The position numbers and the translations under genes are program-made. The notes under the pieces are model-generated. The model worked only from the letters and a program-made list of their open reading frames with translations. It was not told the DNA's origin and searched no databases. Shown here one piece after another: positions 33,082 to 42,919 of a stretch of DNA of 64,000 nt. The stretch lies in the NCBI GenBank assembly GCA_965232515.1, contig CBDDPY010000002.1, positions 224,001 through 288,000 of the forward strand, in the 5' to 3' direction. This DNA is from Alphaproteobacteria bacterium (GTDB taxonomy: Bacteria; Pseudomonadota; Alphaproteobacteria; GCA-2731375). Position 1 is the first letter of the stretch; every line of letters begins with the position of its first letter.

Positions 33082-33085
33082 GTAC

Positions 33086-35020
33086 TCACTCGGCGGCGGC
33101 CTGCATCACCGGCGCCGGCAGCATCTCGGCGACCGGCAATGTGGTGCGGACGCGCTGTTTGCTGCCGTCCTGGAAGGTGATCACGGTATCGATGTCGACA
33201 TCAGCGGCGTTGCTGTAGATGGCGCCGATGATGTCGTCGTATTTCTCCGACACGACGCCGCGCCGGACCTTGCGGGTCCGCGTCAGCTCGCCGTCGTCCG
33301 CGTCCAGTTCCTTGTACAGCAGGACGAACTTGGCGATGCGCTGGGCCGGCGGCAGGGTCTCGTTCACCTTTGCCACTTCCTCGCGGATGACGTCGTAGAC
33401 CTCGGGCCGCGACGACAGGTCCGAATAGGTCGTAAACGCGAGGCGCCGCTGCTCGGCCCATTTCGACATCACGGGGAAGCGGATGCAGACGATGGCCGCC
33501 AGATAGTCGCGGCCGTCGCCCAGGATCACCGCCTCGGCGATGTAGGGCGAGAACTTCAGCTTGTTCTCGATGAACTGTGGCGAAAAGCGGTCGCCCTGCA
33601 GCGTCGTGGCGATGTCCTTGATCCGGTCGATCACCACCAGGTGCTGGTTATCGTTGAAGTAGCCGGCGTCGCCGGTATGCATCCAGCCGTCGATCACGGT
33701 CTCGGCCGTGGCGTCCTCGTTCTTGAAGTAACCCAGGAACATGTTCGGGTGGCGGCTGAAGATCTCGCCGACGCCGTTCTTGTCGGGGTTCTCGATTTTG
33801 ACCTCGTAGCCGTTCGGCAGCGGCTTGCCCACGGTGTCGAAATCGACGTCGCCGCGGCGATGCACGGTATAGACGCCCAGGAGTTCGGTCTGGCCATAAA
33901 GCTGCAGCAGCGGTACGCCCATGGCCATGAAGAACTTGAAGGTGTCCGGGCCCATGGCGGCGCCGCCGGTGGCGGCGACGCGCAGCCGCGAGAAGCCAAG
34001 CCGGTCTTTCAAGGCCCGCAGGGCTATCATGTTCGCCAGTTTGCTGACGCCGCCCTGTTCGACCGCCTTCACGCCCATGTCCATGGCGCGCTCGTAGATC
34101 CAGCGCTTGAAGGGCGACGCGTCCATGATCCGCGCCCGCACGTCGGCGGCGATCTGCTCCCACACGCGCGGCGCCAGCAGCATGAAGGTCGGGCCGATCT
34201 CACGCATATCGGCCATCATCGTCTCGGGCTCTTCGACAAAGTTCAGCTTGTTGCGGCAGACCGGCGGCTGGAACAGCGCGTAGAACTGCTCGCCGATCCA
34301 GGGCATGGGCAGGACCGAGACGTATTCGTCGTCCGCGCCCATGGGCACGACTTCGTTGTAGTTCGCGACGTGCCGGATCATGCCGATCGACGACAGCATG
34401 GCGAGCTTGGGGTTGGACGTCGTGCCGGACGTGGTGCACAGCACCGCGCAATCCTCGCCGTCCGTCGCGTCGACCATGGCGTCGTAGGCGGTCGGCTCGG
34501 CCACGGCGAGATCGTCCGCCATGGCGAACAGGTCGTCCTGCGACATCAGCCGCGGATCGTCGTATTTCCGCATGCCGCGGGAATCGCAAAAGACGATGTG
34601 CTCGACGCTTGCCAGGCCCTCGCCGAGGTTCAGGATCTTGTCGACCTGTTCCTCGTCCTCGGCCACGATCAGCCGGGCGCCGGCATAGTTGATCAGATAT
34701 TCGACTTCCGGATCCAGCGAGTCCTGGTAGATGCCCAGGCTCATGCCACCGACGGCGTGGGCGGCGATGGCGGCGCTGACCCAGTCTGGGCGGCTGTCGC
34801 CGATGATACCGACGACATCGCCCTTGCCGATGCCCAGTTTGTGGAAGCCCAGCGCGAAGCGCCGGACGCGGTCGTGATACTCGGCCCAGCTATGCTCCTG
34901 CCAGAGGCCGAATTCCTTCTCGCGCATGGCGATATCGCTGCCGTTTTCGGCCGCGCGCAGTCGCAGCAGTTTCGGCAGCGTGTCGTAGCGTGTCAGGTCA
35001 GGCAGCGACGTGGCGGTCAT
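33086..35020 (-). CDS. Long-chain fatty acid-CoA ligase (AMP-binding)
   Basis: TTSGTTSNPK, YGQTE, WMHTGD, IDRIKD, ELTRTRKVRR; start MTATSLP overlaps the upstream ATPase stop. Confidence 0.9.
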   Translation of the reverse strand: MTATSLPDLTRYDTLPKLLRLRAAENGSDIAMREKEFGLWQEHSWAEYHDRVRRFALGFHKLGIGKGDVVGIIGDSRPDWVSAAIAAHAVGGMSLGIYQDSLDPEVEYLINYAGARLIVAEDEEQVDKILNLGEGLASVEHIVFCDSRGMRKYDDPRLMSQDDLFAMADDLAVAEPTAYDAMVDATDGEDCAVLCTTSGTTSNPKLAMLSSIGMIRHVANYNEVVPMGADDEYVSVLPMPWIGEQFYALFQPPVCRNKLNFVEEPETMMADMREIGPTFMLLAPRVWEQIAADVRARIMDASPFKRWIYERAMDMGVKAVEQGGVSKLANMIALRALKDRLGFSRLRVAATGGAAMGPDTFKFFMAMGVPLLQLYGQTELLGVYTVHRRGDVDFDTVGKPLPNGYEVKIENPDKNGVGEIFSRHPNMFLGYFKNEDATAETVIDGWMHTGDAGYFNDNQHLVVIDRIKDIATTLQGDRFSPQFIENKLKFSPYIAEAVILGDGRDYLAAIVCIRFPVMSKWAEQRRLAFTTYSDLSSRPEVYDVIREEVAKVNETLPPAQRIAKFVLLYKELDADDGELTRTRKVRRGVVSEKYDDIIGAIYSNAADVDIDTVITFQDGSKQRVRTTLPVAEMLPAPVMQAAAE

Positions 35021-35838
35021 GACGCGACCCGTTCCTCTTCCTCGTCGATCAGCAGTTCGTCTTCCTCGCCCAGATAGGCTTTCTTGACGTGTTCGTTGGC
35101 GCGGACCTCGTCGGGCACGCCCTCGGCGATCTTGCGGCCGAAATCGAGCACCATGACACGGTGCGACAGGTCCATGACCACACCCATGTCGTGCTCGATC
35201 ATGATCACGGTCATGCCCCATTCCTCGTTCAGGTCGACGACGTAGCGGGCCATGTCCTCCTTTTCTTCGAGGTTCATGCCCGCCATGGGCTCGTCCAGCA
35301 GGATCAGATCAGGCCTCAGCGCCACGGCGCGGGCCAGCTCGACCCGCTTGCGCAGGCCATAGGGCAGGGTGCCGGCGATCTCCTTACGGATGTGCTGGAT
35401 TTCCAGGAAGTCGATGATTTCCTCGACCTCGCGCCGGTGCGTCATCTCCTCCTTCTGGGCGCCGCCGAACCAGTAGAGCGCGCCGGTCAGGAAGTTGCTT
35501 TTCATCAGGTGGTGGCGGCCGACCATGATGTTGTCCAACACGGTCATATGGCCGAACAGCGCCAGATTCTGGAAGGTCCGGCCGATGCCCAGATCGGCGC
35601 GCGCGTTCGGCTTCAGATGGGTGATTTCCCGGCCTTTCAACACGATGCTGCCGGTCGACGGCTTATACCGCCCCGAAATGCAGTTCAGCATCGAGGTCTT
35701 GCCGGCGCCGTTCGGGCCGATGATCGAGAACAGCTCGCCGGTCCCGACCTGGAACGTCACGTCGTTCAGCGCCCGGACGCCACCGAATTGAAGGCTGACC
35801 CCATCGACATCGAGCAGGGGCGGCTCGGAATCCGCCAT
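35017..35838 (-). CDS. Liv-type ABC ATPase (LivG-like)
   Basis: GPNGAGKT, RTFQN, LPYG..KRVEL, AYLG. Confidence 0.93.
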   Translation of the reverse strand: MADSEPPLLDVDGVSLQFGGVRALNDVTFQVGTGELFSIIGPNGAGKTSMLNCISGRYKPSTGSIVLKGREITHLKPNARADLGIGRTFQNLALFGHMTVLDNIMVGRHHLMKSNFLTGALYWFGGAQKEEMTHRREVEEIIDFLEIQHIRKEIAGTLPYGLRKRVELARAVALRPDLILLDEPMAGMNLEEKEDMARYVVDLNEEWGMTVIMIEHDMGVVMDLSHRVMVLDFGRKIAEGVPDEVRANEHVKKAYLGEEDELLIDEEEERVAS

Positions 35839-35897
35839 ACGGCCGGTGTCCTCCCTTGAAATAGGCGGATACGGTGTCGCCCGTAGTCCGCCCTTCG

Positions 35898-36998
35898 TTA
35901 TTCCCAGACGCGGGTCGCCGTTTCGACGACCAGACGTAGTTTTTTCTTTTCGACCTCTATTGTAATCGGATTGCCCGAGACCGCACTAGCGAATCCGCAT
36001 TGCGGGCTGATCCCCAGGCGGTCGACGGCGATGTATCGGCCGGCATCGTCGATCCGTCGGACCAGATCGTCGACCGTCTCCAGCTCGGGCGATTTGCTGC
36101 TGACCAGTCCTAGAACGGCCGATTTCTTGGCTGGCACGAACCGCAGCGGTGCGAAATCGCCGGCCCGGGCGCTGTCGTATTCCAAGAAGAACACATCCGC
36201 GTCGATCTCGTTGAACATCCGCTCGGCCACCGGCTCGTAGCCACCTTCCGAGAGATACTTGCCCTTGAAGTTGCCGCGGCAGAGATGCAGGCCGACGGTG
36301 ACGCCGTCTGGCCGTCCGGCCACGGCGTCGTTAATGGCGTCGATGTAGATACCGACCAGCGCATCAGGATCTTCACCGCGTTGCCGCAGGCTGTCGCAAA
36401 CGTTCGGATCGCAGAGCATGGCCAGCGGCACTTCGTCGAGCTGCACATAGGTCGCGCCCAGCGCGGCCAACGCCGCGATCTCCTCGCGGTAGACCCGCGC
36501 GAAATCTGCGAAGAACGCCGTCGGACCGTCATAGGCGGCCGGGTCGATACCGTCGCGGCCGCGCCAGAAATGGAAAGTCGGCGGCGAGGGCAGGGTGACC
36601 TTCGGCGTCGCGCTCGTGGCCGATTTCAGAAATGCGAACTCGTCGGTCGAGATGCCGCGGTCGCGGCGGACCTTTCCAGCGACATGCGGCGCGATGAATG
36701 CCTGTTCGTGGCCATGATCGTCGCGGAATTTAAATGCTGCCTCTTTGACGGTCAGGCCCTCGACCGGCCCGATGAAATGACCCCAATAGGAACCGCGGCG
36801 AAACTCGCCGTCGGTCACGACCTGCAGCCCCACCTCCTGCTGCAGCGCCACCGCCTCGCGGATGCCGTCGTCCTGGATTTCGCGAAAGGCGGCATCGGTC
36901 AACTCGCCGGCATGATGCGACCGGAACGCCGCCGTCAGCGCGGGTGGCCGCAGAAGGCTGCCGATATGCTCCGCCCGAAAACGCGGCCGTGCCGCCAT
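35898..36998 (-). CDS. Cobalamin-independent methionine synthase-like protein, catalytic domain only
   Basis: GSLLRP, TDGEFRR, Zn ligands HLCRGN, FLEYD, PQCGF; lacks the N-terminal folate-binding barrel. Confidence 0.85.
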   Translation of the reverse strand: MAARPRFRAEHIGSLLRPPALTAAFRSHHAGELTDAAFREIQDDGIREAVALQQEVGLQVVTDGEFRRGSYWGHFIGPVEGLTVKEAAFKFRDDHGHEQAFIAPHVAGKVRRDRGISTDEFAFLKSATSATPKVTLPSPPTFHFWRGRDGIDPAAYDGPTAFFADFARVYREEIAALAALGATYVQLDEVPLAMLCDPNVCDSLRQRGEDPDALVGIYIDAINDAVAGRPDGVTVGLHLCRGNFKGKYLSEGGYEPVAERMFNEIDADVFFLEYDSARAGDFAPLRFVPAKKSAVLGLVSSKSPELETVDDLVRRIDDAGRYIAVDRLGISPQCGFASAVSGNPITIEVEKKKLRLVVETATRVWE

Positions 36999-37151
36999 GT
37001 CCTTTGACCCCGATTGTGCCTCGCCTGTTGCGCCTCTTGGTAACGCGGGAAACCGGCAACGGCAAGTCAGCGCACGACGGCGGGCCGACTGCTCATATTC
37101 AGAAACCCAAATATTCTATTTTTATGAGGCTTCTAGAGGCGGTATTGAAGG

Positions 37152-38099
37152 TTACTTCTTGCTCCCGGGTGGGCAGAGCACCCAGATCCCATCCGACGCC
37201 AAGGTAATCTCACCCGGCAAACGGGACATCAGATCGCCGTCCGCCTGGATCGGATCGCCCAGTGGCCCGCTGACGCTAATCCGGCGGCCCTGGACGATCT
37301 TGATGTCGGGCAGCTTCGGCAGGAAGCCCAGGCTCAAGGCGGTGGCATAGCGTGCCGCGTTCAGCCGGCCCGGCCGGGTGAACAGGCAGACATCCAGGTG
37401 CGGCAGCGTCAGCCGCGCATCCGGCGCGCAGACGAAGCGTCCGCCGTAATAATGGCCGTTGGCGATGACGGCGGAGTAGGCCGAATAGGCCGTGCCGTCG
37501 ATGGTGACCCGCAGTTCCGGAAACCGGTAGCGCTTGAACTGCACGAAGGTCTGCCAGACATAGGCCAGCTTGCCGAATCGTCGTTTCATGACCGGATCGA
37601 CATTGGCGACAACGTGAGCGTCGAAGCCGGCGCCGGCCATCATCAGGAAACGGCGGCCGTTGACGGTGCCGACATGGACCAGGGTGGGGGGCGCCCCGGC
37701 GATGGTCCGGGCCACGGCGTCCGGATCGATTGGCAGGCCGATTTCAGCCGCCAGCACATTCGCCGTTCCCAACGGTATCACCGCGAGCGGCGGCGCGGCC
37801 GGACCCAGGCCGTTCGCCACTTCATTGATCGTACCGTCGCCGCCGGCCACCGCGATGACGTCGAATTCGTCGCGCAAAACCGCGCCGGCAAAGGCTTGCG
37901 CGTCGCCACGGCAGCGGGTCTCGCGGATTGTGATCCGGCAGCCCAGCTTCTCGAGCGCGGCGATGACGGCCTCATACCGGCTCCTGCGCCGGCGTCCGGC
38001 GATCGGATTGAAGACCACCAGCACCCGGCGCGCCGTATCGGGCAGCTCGGGCGTTTCGAAGTCTTCAATAGTATCTGCGAGCTCCAAGTTTGCGCGCAT
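37152..38099 (-). CDS. Diacylglycerol/lipid kinase family protein (YegS/DAGK-like)
   Basis: NPIAG, AGGDGTINEV, PLGTANVLA, QADGD. Confidence 0.9.
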   Translation of the reverse strand: MRANLELADTIEDFETPELPDTARRVLVVFNPIAGRRRRSRYEAVIAALEKLGCRITIRETRCRGDAQAFAGAVLRDEFDVIAVAGGDGTINEVANGLGPAAPPLAVIPLGTANVLAAEIGLPIDPDAVARTIAGAPPTLVHVGTVNGRRFLMMAGAGFDAHVVANVDPVMKRRFGKLAYVWQTFVQFKRYRFPELRVTIDGTAYSAYSAVIANGHYYGGRFVCAPDARLTLPHLDVCLFTRPGRLNAARYATALSLGFLPKLPDIKIVQGRRISVSGPLGDPIQADGDLMSRLPGEITLASDGIWVLCPPGSKK

Positions 38100-38112
38100 C
38101 TATTTAACCACT

Positions 38113-38219
38113 GTTACAGTTACGTTACATTTGTAATAAAAAATTCACGAGACAAATAAATAGAACTGATTTAGTTGGCCCGCAAGACTTGATTTGGCGA
38201 TTTGTCATTTAAGTGTCGG
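38113..38219. promoter_or_regulatory. Pho-box-like 11-bp-period repeats on both strands
   Basis: Minus: ATGTAAC-GTAA-CTGTAAC (38130-38113). Plus: TTGTAAT-AAAA-AATTCAC (38131-38148) and TTGTCAT-TTAA-GTGTCGG (38202-38219). Confidence 0.6.
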
Positions 38220-38226
38220 TCTCGCG

Positions 38227-39009
38227 ATGAACGCCAGGGAACTACCCAGACGCTATAGAGCCATTTGGATCTCGGACGTCCATCTTGGAACGCGCGGCTG
38301 TAAGGCCGAGTTTCTTTTGGACTTCCTACGCCACAACGAATCCGATCATCTCTATCTCGTCGGCGACATCATTGACGGCTGGCGCTTAAAGAAAACTTGG
38401 TACTGGATCCAGAGCCACAACGACGTCATCCAGAAACTGCTGCGCAAGGCGCGCAAGGGCACGCGGGTGATCTATGTGCCCGGCAACCACGACGAGGCGG
38501 CGCGCGAATACTGCGATCTGCAGTTCGGCGGCATCACCGTGCTGCGCGAAGCCGTGCACGTAACGGCCGACGGCAAGCGGCTTCTGGTCATTCACGGCGA
38601 CGAGTTCGATGTCATCGTGAAGTATGCCAAGTGGCTCGCCGTGCTCGGCGACTGGGCCTACACCATCCTGTTGGCGACGAACCACTGGTTCAACATCGTT
38701 CGGCACATGTGCGGCTACAACTACTGGTCGCTGTCGAAGTTCCTGAAATACAAGGTCAAGAACGCGGTCGAGTTCATCAGTCGGTTCGAGCAGGCGGTGG
38801 CCGAGGAGGCGCGACGCCGGCGCGTCGACGGCGTCGTCTGCGGCCACATCCACCACGCCGAAATCCGCGAGATCGACGGCGTGCTCTATTGCAACGACGG
38901 CGACTGGGTCGAGAGCTGCACCGCGCTGGTCGAGCATTTCGACGGGCGGCTGGAGATCATCGACTGGATCGACGTCGGCCAGGTTTCAACACCCGCAACA
39001 GCAATCTGA
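38227..39009 (+). CDS. plcP: Metallophosphoesterase, probable phospholipase C PlcP (LpxH-like family)
   Basis: ISDVHLG, VGDIIDGW, PGNHDE, HGDEFD, CGHIH, NDGDWVESCTA; adjacent GT4 gene and Pho-box-like repeats. Confidence 0.8.
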   Translation: MNARELPRRYRAIWISDVHLGTRGCKAEFLLDFLRHNESDHLYLVGDIIDGWRLKKTWYWIQSHNDVIQKLLRKARKGTRVIYVPGNHDEAAREYCDLQFGGITVLREAVHVTADGKRLLVIHGDEFDVIVKYAKWLAVLGDWAYTILLATNHWFNIVRHMCGYNYWSLSKFLKYKVKNAVEFISRFEQAVAEEARRRRVDGVVCGHIHHAEIREIDGVLYCNDGDWVESCTALVEHFDGRLEIIDWIDVGQVSTPATAI

Positions 39010-39017
39010 CAGCCGTC

Positions 39018-40028
39018 ATGCGTATACAGATCGTCAGCGACGCCTGGGAGCCCCAGGTCAACGGCGTGGTTCGCACGCTGCAGCACACCTCGGCCGAGCT
39101 GTCCAGGATGGGGCACGAGATCGACTTCATCACCCCGGACCAGTTCCGGACCATCCCGTGTCCGACCTATCCGGAGATCCGTCTGGCCCTGCGCCCCTCG
39201 CCGGGGCTGGCCCAGCGCATCGACGGCTTTCAGCCCGCCGCCATCCACATCGCCACGGAAGGCCCGCTGGGCATGGCGGCGCGGCGCTACTGCCTGAAGC
39301 GCGGCCTGCCGTTCACCACGGCCTTCCACACCCGGTTTCCCGAATACGTGCACGCCCGCACGCGGCTGCCGGTATCCTGGAGCTACGCCTTCATGCGCCG
39401 ATTTCACGCGCCGGCGACCCGGACCATGGTGGCAACCGACAGTCTGCGCCAGGACCTTGCCGACCGCGGCTTCGGCCACTTGGCCATGTGGAGCCGCGGC
39501 GTCGATATCGAGCTCTTTAAGCCGCGCCCGAAAACCGAGAATGGCCTTGCCCGGCCGATCTATTTGTTCGTCGGGCGGGTCGCCGTCGAAAAGAACATCG
39601 GCGCCTTTCTCTCGCTCGACCTCGACGGCACGAAGGTGGTCGTCGGCGACGGTCCGCAGCGGCCCGAACTGCAGCGGCGGCATCCCGACGTGCACTTTGT
39701 GGGCGCGAAATACGGCGAGGAACTGGCGTCCTACTACGCCAACGCCGACGTCTTCGTCTTCCCCAGCCTGACCGACACCTTCGGCCTGGTCGTGTTGGAG
39801 GCGCTAGCCTCGGGCCTGCCGGTCGCCGCCTATCCGGTCACCGGGCCGAAGGACGTGATCAATGGCGCGCCGGTCGGCTGTCTTGATAACGATCTTCAGA
39901 AAGCCGCCCGTAGCGCCTTGAAATTAAACACGGATACCTGCCGGGAATTCGCTGTCGAGCGGTCCTGGACATCCTGCGCCACGCAGTTTCTGAATAATCT
40001 CGCGCCGTTCGAACGCGACGCCGCCTGA
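39018..40028 (+). CDS. GT4 glycosyltransferase, probable Agt-type diacylglycerol glycosyl/glucuronosyltransferase
   Basis: SDAWEPQVNGVVRTL, HIATEGPLG, HTRFPEY, VGRVAVEKN, DTFGLVVLEA. Confidence 0.82.
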   Translation: MRIQIVSDAWEPQVNGVVRTLQHTSAELSRMGHEIDFITPDQFRTIPCPTYPEIRLALRPSPGLAQRIDGFQPAAIHIATEGPLGMAARRYCLKRGLPFTTAFHTRFPEYVHARTRLPVSWSYAFMRRFHAPATRTMVATDSLRQDLADRGFGHLAMWSRGVDIELFKPRPKTENGLARPIYLFVGRVAVEKNIGAFLSLDLDGTKVVVGDGPQRPELQRRHPDVHFVGAKYGEELASYYANADVFVFPSLTDTFGLVVLEALASGLPVAAYPVTGPKDVINGAPVGCLDNDLQKAARSALKLNTDTCREFAVERSWTSCATQFLNNLAPFERDAA

Positions 40029-40032
40029 AACT

Positions 40033-40102
40033 GGACCAAATCCGTCCGTTTTTGCTTGACTTTAACCTTGTTGCGGCCAGATAAAGGGTACCGAAAAGGT
40101 CC
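40033..40102 (+). promoter_or_regulatory. suf promoter region with two related palindromes flanking a TTGACT -35
   Basis: GGAC-CAAATCC-GTCC (40033-40047) and GTAC-CGAAAAG-GTCC (40088-40102); TTGACT at 40056-40061. Confidence 0.55.
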
Positions 40103-40123
40103 TCTTTAGCCGAGGCAGGATTT

Positions 40124-40594
40124 ATGATTAGGCTCAACCGGTTGACGGACTATGCCGTCGTCGTCCTTACCCAGATGGGGCGGGATCTGGACCGGGTGCA
40201 CACGACGGCGCGGCTGGCCGAGGATTCGGCGGTGCCGCTGCCGACTGTCTCCAAACTCATGAAGCAACTGGCGCGCGCCGGTCTGGTGACCTCGCGTCGC
40301 GGGGCGGCCGGCGGCTACGTCTTGAGCCGGCCGGCGGCGGAGGTCTCCGTTGCCGAGGTGATCACGGCGCTCGAGGGGCCGATCGCGCTCACGGCCTGCG
40401 TCGACGGCGCGGCCGATCACTGCGACGTCGAGTCGCTTTGCGCCATGCGCGGCAACTGGAACAAGGTCAACCGCGCCATCGAGACGGCGCTGGCGAGCGT
40501 GACGCTGGCCGATATGACGGTGGCGCCGGCCGACATGTTCGCGCTGCCGGAGACGGCGCCGCCGATCCGAAAACCGGCGGGGATGCTGTCCTGA
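40124..40594 (+). CDS. Rrf2-family SUF Fe-S cluster assembly regulator
   Basis: [25 protein letters not shown].....C.....C (three Cys). Confidence 0.92.
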   Translation: MIRLNRLTDYAVVVLTQMGRDLDRVHTTARLAEDSAVPLPTVSKLMKQLARAGLVTSRRGAAGGYVLSRPAAEVSVAEVITALEGPIALTACVDGAADHCDVESLCAMRGNWNKVNRAIETALASVTLADMTVAPADMFALPETAPPIRKPAGMLS

Positions 40595-40649
40595 CGGACG
40601 GCGCGTGGGGGCGATAGGTTCAGGCGTTTTTAGCGAAGGAAGATCGGGT

Positions 40650-42107
40650 ATGGCCGCGACAGTCGAGACTGCCCAACAGGTCGAAACACTGGCTCAGCAG
40701 AAGTACAAGTATGGCTTCGTCACGGATATCGAGACCGAGACGGCGCCCAAAGGCCTGAACGAAGACATCATTCGCTTTATTTCGGCCAAGAAGGACGAGC
40801 CGGAATGGCTGCTGGAGTGGCGTCTCAAGGCCTACCGGCACTGGCTGACCATGCCCGAGCCCGAATGGGCCAAGGTCGGCTTCCCGCCGATCGACTATCA
40901 GGACGCCTATTACTACTCGGCGCCGAAGTCGAAGGACGACGGGCCCAAGAGCCTGGATGAGGTCGATCCCGAGCTGCTGGCCACCTACGAGAAGCTCGGC
41001 ATTCCGCTGCACGAACAGGAGATGCTGGCCGGCGTCGCCGTCGACGCCGTATTCGACAGTGTCTCGGTCGCGACCACCTTCAAGAAGAAGCTGGAAGAGG
41101 CCGGCGTGATCTTCTGCCCGATCTCGGAAGCCGTGCAGAACCATCCCGAGCTGGTGCGGAAGTATCTCGGCTCGGTCGTGCCTTACTCGGACAACAAGCA
41201 CGCGACGCTGAACTGCGCCGTGTTCACCGACGGCTCGTTCGTCTATGTGCCCAAGGGCGTGCGCTGCCCGATGGAGCTGTCGACCTATTTCCGCATCAAC
41301 GCGGCCAATACCGGCCAGTTCGAGCGCACGCTGATCATCGCCGACGAGGGCTCCTACGTCAGCTATCTCGAGGGCTGCACGGCGCCGATGCGCGACGAGA
41401 ACCAGCTGCACGCCGCCGTCGTCGAGCTGGTCGCTTTGGACGATGCCGAGATTAAGTACTCGACCGTGCAGAACTGGTATCCCGGCGACGAAGAGGGCCG
41501 GGGCGGCATCTACAACTTCGTCACCAAGCGCGCCGCCTGCCGCGGCCGCAATTCCAAGGTCTCCTGGACACAGGTCGAGACCGGCTCGGCCATCACCTGG
41601 AAGTATCCGAGCTGCATCCTGCAGGGCGACAACTCCGTGGGCGAGTTCTATTCCGTCGCCATCACCAACAACCGCCAGCAGGCTGACACCGGCACCAAGA
41701 TGATCCACATCGGCAAGAACACGCGCTCGACGATCATCTCCAAGGGCATCTCGGCCGGCCGCAGCAACAACACCTATCGCGGCCTCGTGCGCATGCAGCC
41801 CGGCGCCGAGGGCGCGCGCAACTACTCGCAGTGCGACTCGCTGCTGATCGGCGACGGCTGCGGCGCGCATACCGTGCCCTACATCGAGAGCAAGAACCCG
41901 ACGGCCAAGGTCGAGCACGAGGCGACGACCGCGAAGATCAGCGAGGACCAGCTGTTCTACGTGCGTCAGCGCGGCATGTCGGAAGAGGACGCGGTGTCGA
42001 TGATCGTCAACGGCTTCTGCAAGGAAGTGCTGCAGGAGCTGCCCATGGAGTTTGCCGTCGAGGCGCAGAAGCTGGTTGCCATCAGCCTGGAAGGCAGCGT
42101 CGGCTGA
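40650..42107 (+). CDS. sufB: Fe-S cluster assembly protein SufB
   Basis: [39 protein letters not shown]. Confidence 0.98.
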   Translation: MAATVETAQQVETLAQQKYKYGFVTDIETETAPKGLNEDIIRFISAKKDEPEWLLEWRLKAYRHWLTMPEPEWAKVGFPPIDYQDAYYYSAPKSKDDGPKSLDEVDPELLATYEKLGIPLHEQEMLAGVAVDAVFDSVSVATTFKKKLEEAGVIFCPISEAVQNHPELVRKYLGSVVPYSDNKHATLNCAVFTDGSFVYVPKGVRCPMELSTYFRINAANTGQFERTLIIADEGSYVSYLEGCTAPMRDENQLHAAVVELVALDDAEIKYSTVQNWYPGDEEGRGGIYNFVTKRAACRGRNSKVSWTQVETGSAITWKYPSCILQGDNSVGEFYSVAITNNRQQADTGTKMIHIGKNTRSTIISKGISAGRSNNTYRGLVRMQPGAEGARNYSQCDSLLIGDGCGAHTVPYIESKNPTAKVEHEATTAKISEDQLFYVRQRGMSEEDAVSMIVNGFCKEVLQELPMEFAVEAQKLVAISLEGSVG

Positions 42108-42153
42108 CGACCTGCGCCCCCGGACAGATACGTTCAAGGAAAGAGAAGCGGGA

Positions 42154-42906
42154 ATGTTGAAGATCGAGAACCTGCACGTCACCGTCGACGGCAAGGAAAT
42201 CCTCAAGGGCCTGGATCTTGCGATCGCGCCGGGCGAGGTGCACGCGATCATGGGGCCGAACGGCTCGGGCAAGAGCACCTTGTCCTACGTGCTGTCGGGC
42301 CGCGACGGCTACGAGGTCACGTCGGGGTCGGTCACCTATCAGGGCAAGGACCTCTTGGATATGGAGCCCGAGGAGCGGGCCGCCGAGGGCGTGTTTCTCG
42401 CCTTTCAGTATCCGGTCGAGCTGCCCGGCGTCAGCGGCACGACGTTCCTGAAGTCGGCGCTGAACGCCGTCCGCAAGCACAAGGGCGAGCCCGAGCTCGA
42501 CGCCATGCAGTTCCTCAAGCTGGTGCGCGCCAAGACCAAAAGCCTCAACATCACCGACGACATGCTCCGGCGTGGCGTCAATGTCGGCTTCTCCGGCGGT
42601 GAGAAGAAGCGCAACGAAGTGCTGCAGATGGCGGTGCTGGAGCCGGCGCTGGCGATCCTCGACGAGACCGACAGCGGCCTCGACATCGATGCGCTGAAGA
42701 TTGTCGCCGACGGCGTCAACGCGCTGCGCGCGCCGGACCGCTCGATGCTGGTGATCACCCACTATCAGCGGCTCCTGAACTACATCGTGCCCGACCGCGT
42801 GCACGTCCTGGCGCATGGGCGCATCGCGCGCTCCGGCGGCAAGGAACTGGCGCAGGAGCTGGAGCAGAAGGGCTACGCCGAATTCGGCGTCAACGAGGCG
42901 GCGTAA
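42154..42906 (+). CDS. sufC: Fe-S cluster assembly ATPase SufC
   Basis: MGPNGSGKST, FSGGEKKRNE, DETDSGLDID, ITHYQR. Confidence 0.98.
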   Translation: MLKIENLHVTVDGKEILKGLDLAIAPGEVHAIMGPNGSGKSTLSYVLSGRDGYEVTSGSVTYQGKDLLDMEPEERAAEGVFLAFQYPVELPGVSGTTFLKSALNAVRKHKGEPELDAMQFLKLVRAKTKSLNITDDMLRRGVNVGFSGGEKKRNEVLQMAVLEPALAILDETDSGLDIDALKIVADGVNALRAPDRSMLVITHYQRLLNYIVPDRVHVLAHGRIARSGGKELAQELEQKGYAEFGVNEAA

Positions 42907-42919
42907 GCGGGTACAGGCG

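Noticed and set aside
30979-35077. Two long plus-strand ORFs (696 and 676 aa) opposite the Liv/ligase operon
   Set aside because: They mirror well-supported minus-strand genes, with composition typical of antisense shadows.
36999-37151. Possible SAM or cobalamin riboswitch upstream of the MetE-like gene
   Set aside because: No conserved riboswitch motifs recognised by eye; an Rfam search would settle it.
38227-39009. Annotation as lipid A enzyme LpxH
   Set aside because: Context (GT4 partner, Pho-box-like repeats, no lpx genes) and the NDGDWVESCTA motif fit PlcP better.
38397-39017. Apparent N-terminal extension of the GT4 (543-aa ORF), suggesting a PlcP-GT fusion
   Set aside because: It is an off-frame reading of plcP; GT4 homology begins at MRIQIVSDAW (39018).
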